Assembly: GCF_964188315.1 (NCBI RefSeq)
Contig: NC_135673.1
Span: forward strand, 29,636,001 to 29,700,000
DNA: 64,000 bases
Direction: 5' to 3'
Origin: Podarcis muralis
Lineage: Eukaryota
Under the pieces are notes generated by a model. That model worked only from the letters and a program-made list of their open reading frames with translations, ran no database searches and was not told the origin of the DNA. A program made the position numbers and the translations under genes. Shown here piece by piece: positions 37,401 to 51,836 of the stretch (its first letter is position 1; each line of letters opens with the position of its first letter).

Positions 37401-40400
37401 CAAGAAGTGCACAAGAATATGCAAACAAGGCCCCCAAGATGTTAAAATTAAAGTCTTGCAGAGTTATATTCACATCCCACCCAAGCCCTTAAACACACTG
37501 GCTGTGTTGTGCGTGTAAAACTGGAACAAATGCCTTACTGTCAAGGGTTCTTGAGGGAAGGAAGAGAGTTCCCTAGCACAAGGGAAGTGCATCAATAAAT
37601 GATTGATAAAACAATAAAAATTGATGCAGGACTTTCCAGGACAATCACAAGGGACGTGCCTAAGCAGTATTCAAGTTCTCACATTTTACTTCTAGCCAAG
37701 TAAAATGTGAGTCCGCTTGGGGAAACCTGGGCACCTAAGTGGGAGGTAGTCAAAAGTACAGAAAACTAAATTTTTCATTGAAAGATTAGCAAATTATGGG
37801 TTCTTCAGATATGCTTTGCCTTTCTACTCACACCCATTCACTTGCATTCTACGATGACCATTAGAAAGCTAGGGCAGAAAAAAGCAATTAATTGCCAACA
37901 CTCAACAGGTTGTAAACCAATGTTATCCATACTCAGAGCAGACCCATTGAAACAAATAGCTTTTGAGGGCCATTAATGGCAATGGCTCCGTTCCAAGTAT
38001 GACATAGTCAGATACAACTCAATAGCTATAGTAAGCAGTGCATTTGTGCTAAACTGAAGTAAGTGGAAGAAAAAGGCTTCCAGCATCAAGGTACTGTGCA
38101 GGTCCATTAGGTCTTGTATAGATCCTTTCCACACTATCTAATGGCACACAATCAAAACCTGTGCTCTCTGAAAGGACTTTGACTTGCATGACACAAAATA
38201 ACTGCAGGGTTCGGCAATATGTGCCTGCTGTACTGCTTCTCCCATTTCCTTTCCCCCATTATTGTCCAAACATCCTCCTTTCTCTAACTGCCTCCCTCTT
38301 CCACATTGCTACCCACTACACTTCTGCCTCTTCCCTCATTCCCACTCTCTTCATTTCTTTTTTAATTGAAAGTAGTTTTCTGGTGGATTTTACTGCTCAC
38401 AGCAGAAGTCATGCCTGTGACATGATTACAGGAGAGTGCAAGGGGGGGGGGGATATACAACATGGCCTTGGGAAGAGATTTAAAAGCTTCCTGAGAATCT
38501 CAACTTTCATTTTTAAGCAGCAGGTTTCTAGCCCTTATTGCTACAAACAAAGCTGAGCTAAAAACACTCTGTGGGTAATGCCTCCTCAAATCACAGAACC
38601 CAGAGGGATGGCTGAATGAGGTTTCCAATGGGCATGGGGAAGTGGGGGTAGGTGCTTCAATGTCCTGAATACTTCCCTGCCCCTCCTCAGAATGAAGCAA
38701 ATCAGAGTAATACAGAAAAATAGCAAAAATAGCAGAACTGTGTCAAATAAGAGAAATCAGGATATTCCGTACAGGTCCAAGGAATAAATCCTTTTTTGGC
38801 ACGGAATTTTGAATTCTTGGTGCAGAACAGTATCCTATATATTTTTAGTGCGCAGTAAAAACATCTGTGATCATAGCTAAGTCAATTAGAACTATCATAC
38901 AGAGAGGCAGTTAGTCATTTGCCTCCTCACTTTCGGACACAGAGCAATTGCCCTTGGATAAAAAGTCAAGTTGTAACACCTCTTCTCTCTTTGCCACTAA
39001 AATTGTCTTCTTGAGATGGGGGGGGGGGGGAGTTGTTTTTCTATTGAAGCTGTTTCCCTTTGCCATTTCAAGCAAGGACCAAAGCAGTTGAAAGGGAGGG
39101 AGGGTGGGAGGAGAGCTGCACGTTGAGGCTGTGATGGACAGAGTGAAGGAGGCTAGCAATGATGTGCAAGGTTACTTTGGGAGTAGGATAACAGCTCTTT
39201 CACACCAAGTTTTGTTACTGAATCAGAGAAATAATAAAACGCATCTTTTTAAAAGAGAAATAGCATCCCAAAGAGCAAACCATACATCTTTCTTTGCAAT
39301 GGGGGTGGGGAGAGTATCTAACACTTTCAACATCCAATTAAAGATCTAACATATGCAACTGTAGATAAAAATTATTGAAGTGGTTAAACAGACTCAGTCC
39401 TAAGAGCTGGGGGAAATAGTGACGTGTGTGTGTGTTGGGTATCTCAAAACTCATTATTTTGAACACTTGATGCACATCAAGATTTCGACCCACGCAACAG
39501 ATACGGGTGACTAAAATGCATTTGTCACCAAGCTCAGTTCTGCATGCGCTCATATTTGCCTAACAAATTGAAATAAATGACTTCCAAGTCAGGAACATAT
39601 TTAAAGTGTTTTTAAGTTACTGGTCTGTATGCCACAGCCAATTCACAAGTGAGTGTTGTTGTTGTTGTTGTTGTTGGTATGGGGGGGGGGGAATCTAGGC
39701 TAATTCATATTTGAATTGAGCAGCTGTTCCAAATAGCAATGCCAGGGAGTACTTCCATTGGGAACATCATTTATCAACAGTTCTCTCAGTCCTCAGGTTC
39801 CCAAGCTCTGTCTGTTGATTCTCAGTCTCAGCCAAGGAGAAGGCTCCCCTGTGAACTACAAAAGCATCTTCTGGGCAGCCTTCAGCTGAGGCTTGGTCAT
39901 ATAAATAAGCTACAGAAGTCAAATGCAAATTTTGGATCTGTGTACATGCTGTTCCTTTGTGACTTCTCCAGTGTTATTGCCACACACTCTCACTATGTAC
40001 AATGGAAGAGAGACTTGGGGCTACTGGAAATTGTTGCTTTTCCTAGCATTTGGGCATTCCTTAAAAAAAAAAAAGCCAACTATTTTTGTTCAGGATTTCC
40101 ATCTGCCACTATGCACAATATAATTTACTGAAATCAATTAAGATAGCTAGCTTTACTCTTCCAATAATTTTTCAGGCATTGGAGAAAGGTGGAGAAGAGA
40201 GAAGAAGCAATGATTTGCTGTTAGGTACAATTGCAAGCTTCTTTAGCTTGATCCCTTGTTTGGAATCACCATCATCATTTTAGTGAGGGCCCAACTTTTA
40301 TTCACTGATCTCCTGAAGGCCTTAATTTCCAGTGACCTGCTAACCTACCTGAGGAGGGGCAAGGGAGCGAAGGCATTGAACAGAACTAGTGGGCTAGATT

Positions 40401-40762
40401 AGGAAAGTATGGTTGAACTGTTAGCATAATTCACAACTTTTTCTCCATTTTACTTATTGCCCTGCTCAGAGGAGGGCTTTGTTACCGAAGCAGGTCAGTA
40501 ATGAATAAAAAGGTACAATAACCAAGGAATAGATGCTAGAACCATAGTGTATTTTTCTCAAGTAGCTTTCACATTCACCAAAATAAAAAAAACAAAAACA
40601 AAATTCTGAATTGGCTACCACCTACCTCCCCCAGTTAACAAGGCTGCTAGTCTCCCCACCTCCACCCCTACCCCCCACCTTCATATTCAAGGGTACTGGC
40701 CAACAAAATGCAATTTGTTCAAAACATACAGATTAGGCAAGTACATTGCATTGCATCAAAGA

Positions 40763-40888
40763 TCACAAACTGTCCGAGGTGTTTTTCTCCGATGAAGACG
40801 ACAAGCTGAACGAGGTATCATCAGGTTCCGGAAATGAATGATTGAAATCCATCTCTTCTAAATCTGGAGGCAAGTCTGCCAGAAGTGC
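40763..40888 (-). CDS. HDX: HDX last coding exon (ALLADLPPDLEEMDFNHSFPEPDDTSFSLSSSSEKNTSDSL*)
   Basis: attcag|GCA CTT CTG...TTG TGA; 126 nt including the TGA at 40763-40765; matches the HDX C-terminus; lies within ORF 40763..41053. Confidence 0.95.
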   Translation of the reverse strand, partial: ALLADLPPDLEEMDFNHSFPEPDDTSFSLSSSSEKNTSDSL

Positions 40889-41520
40889 CTGAATTAGAAT
40901 ACAAAATATAAATAAATGAGAAGCTGCAACAGCTTCTGGTGGAGTAGCAGTCCTGGTTACTTTCCTGCACCATAGTTCGTATTTGACCCAACTCCTTGGA
41001 GGGGAAAGAAGGAAAGCAACACTCCTTGGCAGAGAGAAAGGAGATCTCAGCAACTGCTGGATGAAACCCTAAACAAGAGAACTGCACACTGCTAAGTTTT
41101 CTTGCAGGGCCTCATTAGTTGTTTTCAATGGCTAATGTAAGCTGCCCAAATACTGTGGTATAAATTTATTAAATAAGCCTCTTAACAATTAGGTACTTTA
41201 ATTGTGTTAGAAATATAATTCAATTAGATCATGCAGGCTTTACTATCTAAAAATGTTTTCAGAGGGGTAGCTGTACTAATCTCCTGCAGCCATTTTTCTA
41301 TTTCTATTTTTCTAGAAATGAGGTGCCAAACAGCTCCCTTGTTCTCTTAGAATGGCAATGGCTCTCACCAGAGAGGTGCTGGAACTGAGTTCTGGTGAGT
41401 TCTGGCAAGTCCTGTTTGCAGCAAAGGCGACAAAGAGCCTTGCCTTAAACACGCTCATGGCATGCTTATTTGAAAATAATTTAGTTCTGTTGGTGGAGCT
41501 TATTTCTAAATAACCGTATA

Positions 41521-41745
41521 CAGTCGTACCTTGGAAGTTGAACAGTCCGTTCGACTTCCAAAACATTAGGAAACAAAAACATGGCTTCTGATTGGCTGCA
41601 GGAGATTCTGATTGGCTGTGGAAGCCCTGTCGGATGTTTGGCTTCCTAAAATAGTTGGCAAACCGGAACAGTCACTTCCAGGTTTGCGGCATCTGGAAGC
41701 AAAAATGTTCGAGAACTAAGCTTTTCTAAAACCAAGGTATGACTG
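41521..41745. mobile_element. Tc1/mariner-pogo-type MITE, family B (HDX last intron)
   Basis: ta|cagtcgtaccttgg...ccaaggtatgactg|ta; the interior differs from family A. Confidence 0.88.
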
Positions 41746-42448
41746 TACAGAGGAGCAGACTGCATAGGTACCATAGTTCCTTTGAAATGAACCCTTATCA
41801 GAATGCTTAGGTTTAGCCTGCCTGACTATAAAATATTTTTCATAACAAACAATTAAAAATTATTGCTCTCTCTCTCTTTTCTTCCCTGAGAGTATTCAAC
41901 TAGGGAGGAGCAGTGAGAAAGAGAGTTACATTTATAGCTTTTTATAACAATTTCTATTTCCTACCCCAACCAATAAAGTTTGCCCATGTGGGAGAACCAC
42001 TGCACCTATCTTTCTGATATTTGGCAGGCTTCATTTACTCAGCAGGGGTGATCATGCCTGAAACTTGTACCCAATTCTGGCAGGAAAGAAAAAAGAAAGT
42101 GAGTTCAACAATTCCTTGCATAAAAAGCCTGGGATGGATCTGTCTGAAATTTTGCAAGCATAATTCACTCTGGGTGTGCTCTCTTGTCTGCAAATTTCAT
42201 CCATCTTTATGAAAAGGAAAAAACAGTATAGAGGTTTGTAGGTTCTCAATTAGTCAATGGGAACAAAAATGAGCTTCATATTTACGGATCAGATTCAGAC
42301 TCAAACAAAAAATTAAATCAGAATGGCACAGAGTGGTTCTGAAGCAGACTGGACTGCTTCCAAGCGCTAGAGATACAAGGCAAAATTTGTGGTCGCTGCA
42401 CACTTCTATAAAATAAGATCTTCTCAGCTGTTTACACTTTCGTCTTAC

Positions 42449-42571
42449 CTGCTGCTGTTCTTTATCATCCATTTTGACAGCAAGTATCAAACGCCGAGTG
42501 AAAGCCTGTAGCTCAACATATTTCTTTTTTTCATGCTCCAGGTCTTCTTCAACGAACCTTACTTCCTGGGT
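42449..42571 (-). CDS. HDX: HDX coding exon, probable coiled-coil region (TQEVRFVEEDLEHEKKKYVELQAFTRRLILAVKMDDKEQQQ)
   Basis: ctccgcttag|ACC CAG...CAG CAG|gtaag; 123 nt, phase 0/0; resembles the HDX ...LILAMKADDKEQQQ segment. Confidence 0.94.
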
Positions 42572-45500
42572 CTAAGCGGAGAGGGGGGAAAATTACATAT
42601 ATATGCACAACTCCAAAGATCATCTTCGGAGTACAATGAACCAAATTGTTCCCTTTGTTAATCATATGCAGAGCAGACTCACTGAAATTAAAGGACTAAC
42701 TCAGGCTATTCAGTTCCAAGTCAGATTGATATGAATAAAACCCCTAGCTTTTTTTAAAAAAAGAGATTATGTTGCAAATACATGGTAATAACTGAATGAA
42801 GTTCTACTTGAAAATTTGAAAGTATGCTTGGAACAGTATCAACAATGGGCAAAATCTAGAGAGAGAATGCTTAACAGATATTCTCTACCTGAGGCTACCA
42901 AAGTGTCTAGTCTAATCAGGTCTGCTTGTGTTCAGGTTCCAAAACCCTGTTCAGGTAAGTTGGGAACAGGTTACCACCCATGAGTGGAGAGGAGAAAGAT
43001 CCCTCGGGATTGGTACCAAGTATCTTCTGCCTAGTGAACAGAGCTGTACTTCCAGCCTGCTTCAACCAAGGCTCCAAGTCAAACTACAGCCCCAGTTGTT
43101 TATTGCAGAGCCCTAATTTGGAGCAATGACCAGCATCACTGGGCACCTACCAAGGCACCACTGCCAATTGGTGGAGCTTTCTGGCTTTGCTGCTCCTTCT
43201 TGTGATTGCTGCTTGTCCACCTGCCCTCTCTGAATGCATAAGCAAAGACAGAGAAGCAGCCCATCTCTGTCTCTATGGATAGATGGCACCAATCAGGCCC
43301 TGGAGGAGAGGCAAGAGCAGCAAGACTGGCAAGGAGCAGATACAGCCCACTCAAGGAGAAGACTAGTGATTGAGGGACAGCAGCGTTCAGAGCCTCAAGC
43401 CAGCAAGAACCAACAAGAATGGACTGTGGGGATAAAGTCACCACCAGGTCAGACACTGCTCTGCACTCCATGATAACTGAAACTTTTACAACTAGAAGTG
43501 TGAATGGCCTCACACTAGGGAATGGTGATGGGAGCTCCAACAAGTCCAGAGGAGTGAGGAGAAGCTAAGTTGATGGCCCTTTTTGCTCCCTGCAAATTTC
43601 CACTTCCCCTCTTCATTAGCCTGCAAACAGATTAGCCTGCAGTGCTTCCACCACCTCCCCACCTCTGGTTCTCTTATCACAGGGGAGTGATACAAGGAGG
43701 ACATTCCACAAGGCTCATTCAACAAACACTGCTGTGAGTACAACACTAGAAATATTGCACAGGTATCCACTGCGATTCCTCTTAAGAGGGCTTGATCAGG
43801 GCTCTCCCCTCCCCCCCTTTAAAGGATGTAAGCTTTCCTAAATAAAAGGTGTGAAGAAAGACAGCAGGCAGAAAAACATTTCAGCAAGCATGAATGATTT
43901 CCCCTTTCCTCATTTGTGAGGATGACTTGCAAATTAGAACTCCACAGTGTACTTTCTGAGCAAATATATTTTGAGGGCAGAGCAGTCGTGTGACAGGGGG
44001 AAGTTCAGCACTGGGCTATGAAAGGATTGATTGTTACGTTCCTCATTTAATACAACAACAGGGGGGAAATATAAAAAGAGAACATTTTAAAACAAAGAAC
44101 AGATCAAATCTGGACAAGTAAAGTATGTCAAGAGCATACATTTGTCTTGTTTACACATACAGCCAAGTAGTTGCAGGACATCTGATTAATACCCTTAAGA
44201 ACATTCTCACCAAAGTTTTCCACAGTGGCTAGTAAGATGCCCATAATCAGGACCTGAAACACACACACACACCAAGCAGATGGCATTCAGTGGTATTATG
44301 CCAAAAAATGTCTCCTGGACTTTTTTGACAATTCTCTATCAACTAATGATGGATGAAATTGCATTTGAATATTATTAAAGGGGAAAGAAAATGTCAGTGA
44401 ATTTTTTTAATGTGTCAGGTGGAGGGTTTTTGTTGTCTTTACTTTACTTTTATGGTGTCCAAGTGGTGGTCTGAGTTCCCTTCTTCCCATCTATGGGTCA
44501 TCTCTTTGATGATCAGTATGCATTCTTCAACCTTCCTGGGTGACTGCATTTTATGAAAGTCCCATAATGTTCTCAGTTTGCTTTCCTGTAAGTACATGAA
44601 TCTGGGGAGGCTGCCTACTGTCTACCTGACAGCTGTTCATTGTTCTGTTTTTAAATGAAGTCTTTTTACTTTTTAAATAAATCAGTGTGGAGTTAGTTTT
44701 TAATACCAAAAGGAAGATCTTCCCTTAAAAATGAAAGCAGTGGATGCCTTCTTGGCGTCCTATGCTGCAATGTAAATATGTCATGAGGTTAACTTCTCCC
44801 ACAGGGCTTTTTCAGGCAACTGGAGAGGCTGCAGAAATATTTAATGAAAGGGAAAAATATACATATACTATCCACGACCAATAAAGTAAGTTCAATGCTG
44901 TAGATATTGAAATTATAAAGAAATCCTAAATTTCCCAAGAGGCAGAAAAATAGGAGTCCCTTTCACAGGGGATGAAAACTTTCGTCAAGCTGGAGGACAG
45001 GTTTCTGTACAGCATTCTGATTCAGTGGCAGACATCTCATGAATATGGGAGTTCCATACAGACATCAGGCGATATATCGACAGGGAGGGATCTTCCCACA
45101 TCCCTCCAGCTTCCCACTCTTTGCTATGGCTGGAGTATTTAAATACCATACGATATTCAGTGAAGAAAGACTGTAATTTGGTAGATTGGTTTGCTGTTGT
45201 TATTTTATTCCACAATTATGCATAGCTTTGTCTTTGATAAAAAATTTAATAAAACTTTTTTTAAGACATCAGAACAAATACCTGATGACAGACCTATGAA
45301 TTTGTCTACTCTCCTTTTAAAGCCTACATGAGTGGCCTACATGAGTGGCCATCAATGTAGCGGTGGATTTCATGTATTAATTTTGCATTGTGTTAAGAAT
45401 ATTCTGAAGGCTACAAGCCTGATGCTTGTTATCCTTATGTTTGAAAGGCAATGACTTTTTCAAGTTCAAATAAAGGATGGTGTGAACTACCCTTATAGCC

Positions 45501-45614
45501 CAGTCCTACAGATGCCTGCAAACGGCTGTTACCTCAGCCACCTTTTAACTAGTGGTGCCAAGCAAGTCAGCATCCTTAATTGGCATACTGTGGTTTGCTC
45601 TGGGTTGAGGACTT

Positions 45615-45764
45615 CAGAACCACAGAGCTGTAGCGTTGGAAAGGACCACAAGGGTCATCTGTATCCTGACCCCCTGCAATGCAGGAATCTTTTGCCCAAT
45701 GTGGGGCTCGAACCCCCAAACCCTGAGATGAAGAGGCTCATGCTCTACCAACTAAGCTATCCCT
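45615..45764 (-). mobile_element. tRNA-derived SINE with CR1-like tail
   Basis: Minus strand reads gggatagcttagttggtagagcatgagcctcttcatctcagggtttgggggttcgagccccac (tRNA-like), then a CR1-like tail. It lacks a tRNA 3' acceptor arm, so it is not a tRNA gene. Confidence 0.8.
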
Positions 45765-48506
45765 TATGAACTTAGCACTTTCATTTCTGATTAACTACTA
45801 GCACACAATGCAGCAACACTGAACTTGTGCAAAAAACAGTTGGTGGTTGTTCACAGTCCTAAATGAAACAGATAGAAATGTCTTAAGTCCTTCATTGTAG
45901 CCATTACCTTTTCAACAACAAATAAAAACACCTATTCCAGGGCACATCTGAATCATGCAGAGCGTAACCATAGTATTACTTCTAACATCACAGAAATGCA
46001 AGGCTGCAACACCAGGTCCCATTCGGTAGTTGCCTTGCAGGGCAGACAACAGGAATGGGCAAAACAAATTCTGAAAAATGCTTAAGTTTTACTTGATATG
46101 CTGAGTTCATTCCAGTGGGGAAACCACTGGAAACATATTGCTCTGAATTGAAAGAGCTATTTCAGCTCGTGGCCTTTAACTATTAGAGGTTTGCCAATTA
46201 CCCCTAAGCACTGTAAGGCACCTTTGGAGGCTTGAGGGATGCTGCAGTCCATAGCTTTTATTACAATAAATGTTATTTTACTGTAATAAAATATTTATTT
46301 ATACTTATTTCAAGAATCAAAACTGTCAAACAACTTTTTAAAAAAACATTATCTGCTGTAGGGGTTCCAATGAATTCTTTTTGAAGTCCTAACTGGAAAT
46401 AAAGTTAATCATCAATTTCAAAGTGACTCCAGATTAGAAACTTTAAAATATTGGCATTGAATTTTAAAAAGCTAATAGGGCTCATTAGACCTGGTATGCT
46501 AACTGAAATTTCTCTCTGGGCTATGAGGAAGCCCAGAGGCGGCAGGGGGGCGGGGGACAAAGACAAATCAGAAAGCAAAAAAATGCCCTAATGAAATACT
46601 GAGCTCATCCTAAATAATAGGAGGGGGTCCAGTGTACCCCAATAGTATTAGCACATTTTAAAAACAAAAACAGCAAATAATGAATCAGTGTTGCAGTTTT
46701 ACCCCCTACAGAGCTTTATAGGGAATATGCTGATTTTTATTTATTTTTTTATTTTACAAAACCAGAAAACCCTACTCCAGAGTTCTTGAAATGGTATAAC
46801 CACAAAAAAATTGGGGGAAAGGCAAATTGTTTTCCTTACCCTAGTTTACAAAGCTGCTGGAGATCAGACTCCAGTTAGCATAGGTGCTTGCTAGTTTTCA
46901 TTTAGCAGTAAAGCAAAAAGCAATATCTTCACAAGTTAAATATATTTTGTTTTTTGTTTTTGTTAAAAAAAGAGAAGGGTGGGCTGGCGGCAGTGATAAA
47001 CCACCACTGGACAACTGGCCCCTTAACTGAGGAAAACAGGCAGTACAAAGTGGCTTTCAAAACAGCTGTCTTTGGGGTCCACAGAAAGCTTGGGGGGTGT
47101 TAAAAAGCTTATCCAATTTCTTACTGGCTAAAAAAGCTTGTTGGAAACCTATGAAAGCAAACATGCATATTTATGCAAATGGACTATGTGACCAAGAAGC
47201 CCACATGTCAAAACATAATTCAAAAAATCAACAAACAGGGTTTTGTAGGACATACTGTCACAACAAGACATTCAGTATTGTGACAAGTGACATTAAGAAA
47301 AGGTCATTTCCACATACACACACATTCATTCAGAACTGCTCTTATCCTGAAGGCAGAGTCCAGAAATTAATGCATGGACATCAATTATGCACACGTTGTG
47401 TGTGCTTTAAAGACATTACTCATTTCAGTGTAGGTAAAGTTCTAGTAAAAAATACATATTTTATTCTAACACCAACTGAAATTTGTTTGAGGGCGTCTGA
47501 ATTGAAAGTAAGCCACCCCCAATTCTTATGTACACATGTAACCTTTCGCAATTTTGGCAAAAAACAGTTGTCACGGTTTCCAACTGCTTTTGCTCATATA
47601 GCATCAAAAGCAAATGTTCAGCTGTAATCTGCAAGCTGCTGAAATTGGAACAGCCGTCTGTCTTCAAAGCAATCAGCAGCTTCTTCCTAAACATTGGGTC
47701 TTGCGCCATCTGCCTGCGAGCATGCAATAATATCCCCACAAACTTCAATGCATCCTCATGACATTGAACTGTTTTAGTTGGCAATATTCCCCTTCCTCAT
47801 CACTCACCCACCCTCAAGTTCCTGCACACTGTACGTTTTAGGATAGAGACATTAAGCAGAAATGGGTTGCCTCAAAAGGTTAATGGGTCACACAGTTTGG
47901 CAATAACGGAACAGCAGAATTGTTGTATTGTGTGACTGAAATAAATTCCTTATCTCTCTCCCTTCCGTTACCAGCTCACCAGTGTTAAGGCAAAAATGAA
48001 AACAGATTAGTTTTCATTTTGCAGAATGCCCCATGTATAATGGGTTGTGTCCTACTCAGAGTCTGTCCATTAATTCCAATGGGTCTACTCTGACATTGGA
48101 TACATTAAAAATAGGTTGTTCCATATAGTGCCTAAGTTTATGATATATTATAAACTTATTTTAAACTTTATATAAGTTTATAATCAACTGTAATTTAGTT
48201 GGCTCATCAATTCCTATGTTAGTTTTTTCAGTTACCCCAAAGAAAGCTGCCTTCAACTGAAGAATGTTGGGCTTTCAATATTTTGAAAAAAAAAAAACCT
48301 GTTATCATTTAAGAGTTTGATTTTTTAAGTGAACATTTGATGTCTTGTGTCTTTCTTTGCTTCTTTTGAATTTCTTCCAAACTAATTCTGTCCTTTCAGG
48401 CTCCTATTTCGATTCCTCGAACAAAGCCTGCACTTTGGGTTTAAGCTGATTAATCACCTTTCTATTTGTATACAAATGTTAGCTGTTTTCTACAGGAGTT
48501 ACTTAC

Positions 48507-48584
48507 TTTGAATTCCAGAAGACAATTCAATTGTTCTATTTCACTTATCATACCATCTTCTTCATCGTCTATGATTTGTATTGT
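48507..48584 (-). CDS. HDX: HDX coding exon (TIQIIDDEEDGMISEIEQLNCLLEFK)
   Basis: ttttcag|ACA ATA CAA...TTC AAA|gtaagt; 78 nt, phase 0/0; resembles recalled human KIEIIDDEESDMISNSEVEQVNSFLDYK. Confidence 0.92.
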
Positions 48585-48861
48585 CTGAAAAGGCAAATGG
48601 TGCTTTTCATTTTGAAATCAAAAAGGTACTGACATACGATTAGAACATCAGATGCCCCTGCATCTTTTTGGTTGTTTGTAACCAATTGAGAGGTTTTCAG
48701 GATGTGTGACTGTGCACATCATAGTTTCTGCATTTGCATAAAAGAGCCTTGAATATAGAACCTAACAGAAAAACAATGGAAAAAACTGTGGCCCTTCATA
48801 CATCAGCCCATCCAAGTAACTGGATTTAATCAAACTATTAAGTTTTAGGAAACATCCGTAC

Positions 48862-48941
48862 CCCATTAGTGTCAGTTAGAGTAGCCTGGTCTTCTCTTCC
48901 GTGGCCAGTGTCTTCATTCTGAAGAACTTCACTTTGTTCTT
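48862..48941 (-). CDS. HDX: HDX coding exon (EEQSEVLQNEDTGHGREDQATLTDTNG)
   Basis: tttcatttctgtag|AA GAA CAA...AAT GGG|gtacgg; 80 nt, phase 1/0, which completes the split codon from the previous exon. Absent from the ORF track; found by reading splice sites. Confidence 0.88.
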
Positions 48942-51836
48942 CTACAGAAATGAAACAAAATATGTGTTTCTAAAAAAAAAATGCTGCCCATTTCACACAC
49001 ACCATACTTTTTCCCAGCACTGAATTCAACCTCGAAGCTTATAGTAATGATCCGTTCTCCAAATACAACCTCTGCTGCCTATTAATTTACACAATCAGAA
49101 GAAATAACCTTTAGTTAACATAGAGGTTCTGGTCTATTAAGTGGTCATATTCTGAAGCTAACATTGTTAGAAACTGTAATAATTTTACAATCTATAGTCC
49201 AGCTATAAGGATCACTATGCCATCACCATGGGATGGTAAACAAATTTCTTTTTAAGGATTATCTGCATCAAAGCACATTACTCAATCCAAAACAGTAGCC
49301 AAGTTCCACCAAAATTCAAGTACACAAGACAGCTAAAACAGTGAATACTGAATGGCAGATCCATTGTATGTCCTAGAGTCCCATTGGTGTCTCTTTAAGT
49401 TTGGGGTGGGGAATCTTTTTCAACTCAAGGGCTATATTCTGCCATGGACAACCTTCCAGGGCTGTGTGCCAGGTATGGATGGGGTCAGAGGTAAAAGGGG
49501 CAGGGTAATGGACATATTTACAGTGGGCTACACTCCAGTCACACAAAGATTTCTATACATACACATATTTCAGGCATATTAAAGGACACGTTAAGGCAAG
49601 GTAAGAATTTGTGCAGGGATGGCAAGGTTGTGGCCTAGAGAGAGCTCCAAGGGCCTGACAGTAAGGCCTGGAGGTCCACATTTGGCCCATGGGCCAGCGG
49701 TTCTCCTCTGATTGAACAAGTTTTGAGGTGTGTGTGGGTGGGTGTGGATAATAACCAAGCCTCTTTTTATTCTGCTCCTAAGAAATTCTGTATTTATCCT
49801 GCAGCTGTGTGGGGTATTGATTACAATCATCTTCTTCCTGCCGCTCCCTGGCAGTTCCATCTCATAAGTGTCAGAGTGCCAGACCCAATTAATATTAAGG
49901 CAGCTTTTCACTTGAATTGCAGTGTGTTCTGACTATTTCTCTACTGTCCTGTTGGAGGAGTTGATTCCTTCGCCCCAAGGCAGAGAAGATCTGCAGACTT
50001 TGTTAACTTACTTGGCTTTCAGTCATCTTCAACCAATTCTATGTTATCTTATTCTTTTTATAATTGAAATTCTGACAAACCCATCACAAGTTTGCTCCCA
50101 ACAGTTCTCGGGTTCTTCAGCCACTTTCTCAGCAAGTTGTTCAAACAAAATGGTAAGATCAAGCCTGGCATACAAATCTGCAAATGTGTCTATTTTATTT
50201 TATTTTTATTTATTTATTTTGAAGTTCAGAAGCCAAAGTCTTTGTTGGTTTGCTCTAGTCAGAAACACCAGGAGCAATTAGCTGAACTTGTAAAGCTCGT
50301 GAAATGTGCAACTTAAAGTTCACTCCTAACTAAATAAGTTGTTGGTTCTTCCGTTTTGTAACACTGCATCAAAATCAATGCTGTTGTGGCTCTACCACCT
50401 GCTATGTAGTCAAGTTTGAATTACAGTTGCCATTTCACTTGGGCAGGGAACTGGCTTTTTGTTAAGGGGTCACTGTCATACCCCTTTCCTCCTGAAAGGC
50501 CAGCCACCCTGTTACACAGCTGGACCTGCCTGTTGCTCAACTGATTAATGGGAGATGTTCAAAAATACTGATACTGATCACCACCCTGACTGGGACTGGT
50601 TTCCACACTAGGGATGGGGCTTGAAGAGGCAGACATTTTCTAGACATCTTCCCATGTGGCAGGCACTTTGATGCCTCTTCCTTGAGTAGAACTAATATCT
50701 TGAGGTGGGATGGGGGAAAGCCACCTATACAAACCACGCTGCAGTTACCAGTGCTTTTCTTTTAGAAACAAAAGGTTCCAGTACTGTGTACCCTTGAGTA
50801 ACCCCAGAAAAAAAGCACTGGCAGTTACCATTCTTAATCACACCCTCAAAAATCTGGAACAAACTACTGAGGATGTACAGAAGCTACCAAGCAGCTAGCT
50901 TTATCCTACATCCTCATGGCAACAACAATGTATTCAATCCAGAGAGGTGCCTGAACAATCCTCTCTGACCCTGAGGGACAAACCACATTCACTGTGACTC
51001 AAAGATCCAGCTCTCACTCCTTGACATGTGGTTTTTGTAAATGTGTACAATGGCACTTCTACATGCAATAGGAGCCTCATTTCAACTGAGCACATGCTTT
51101 CTTCTAGCAAATCCTGCTTTCTCCACTTCTAACTTTCAGCTGTGTTTTCAGTTGGCAAAGTGTTATAGCTCAGTGGTATGCCCAGTAGCAGTCAGAGGTA
51201 TAAGCAAAGGCGAGGAGCCATTTTGCACTTGGCTTCCGAATGGCAAGCATCACTGAGGCAGGAGCACGGCAAGGGGAGCTGAATGCAGCACATGCAAGCA
51301 GTGAAGTCACTCCAACACTTCTGCCATCATCCCCACCGAACAACAGGCTCTCTACGCCTCATCCATCCCCCATACAGCAAGCAGAAGCAGTGCTTGCTAA
51401 CTGCAAGTCAGGTGCGCAACACCACCCTGCCTTCACTGCCCAACTGACTACTACAAGGTATGCCGTTTGCTTTGTGTACAAAAGGTCCCAAGTTCAATCC
51501 CGGGCATCTCCAGGTGGGACTGGGAAAGACCCTATCTGAAACTCTGGAGAGCTGCTGCCAGTAAACATAGCCAATGAGGTAGGTGGGGGGCCAATGGTCT
51601 GACATTTTATAAGGCTGCTTCCTTATCTTTTGAGGATTTCCCAGGGCTAAAGGAAAACTTTGTAATCCTGAACATATTTAGATTTAGCCCCAAGTAAATG
51701 CATTTAGGATCCAAATGCTAGTTACTTCCTGGGAGTAGCTTTGGAATAAAGGGAGGCAACATTCAGGCAACATTCAGACTATTAGGTTAAGATTGAACAG
51801 AAATAACAATATAATACTAGTGACAAGTTTGAATAC

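Larger units (their letters stand above)
32920..40762 (-). other. HDX: Putative long HDX 3' UTR (extent uncertain)
   Basis: Follows the stop codon and is repeat-poor. The minus strand is U-rich at the distal end, with AATAAA at about 32952-32957 (plus-strand tttatt) followed by a GU/U-rich tract. A proximal AATAAA lies near 40297-40302. Confidence 0.4.

Noticed and set aside
45700-45764. tRNA gene
   Set aside because: The tRNA-like head lacks a complete acceptor stem and runs into a CR1-like tail, so it is a SINE.
47097-47784. Overlapping long ORFs in an HDX intron
   Set aside because: No recognisable domain or splice context, and the HDX frame is complete without them.
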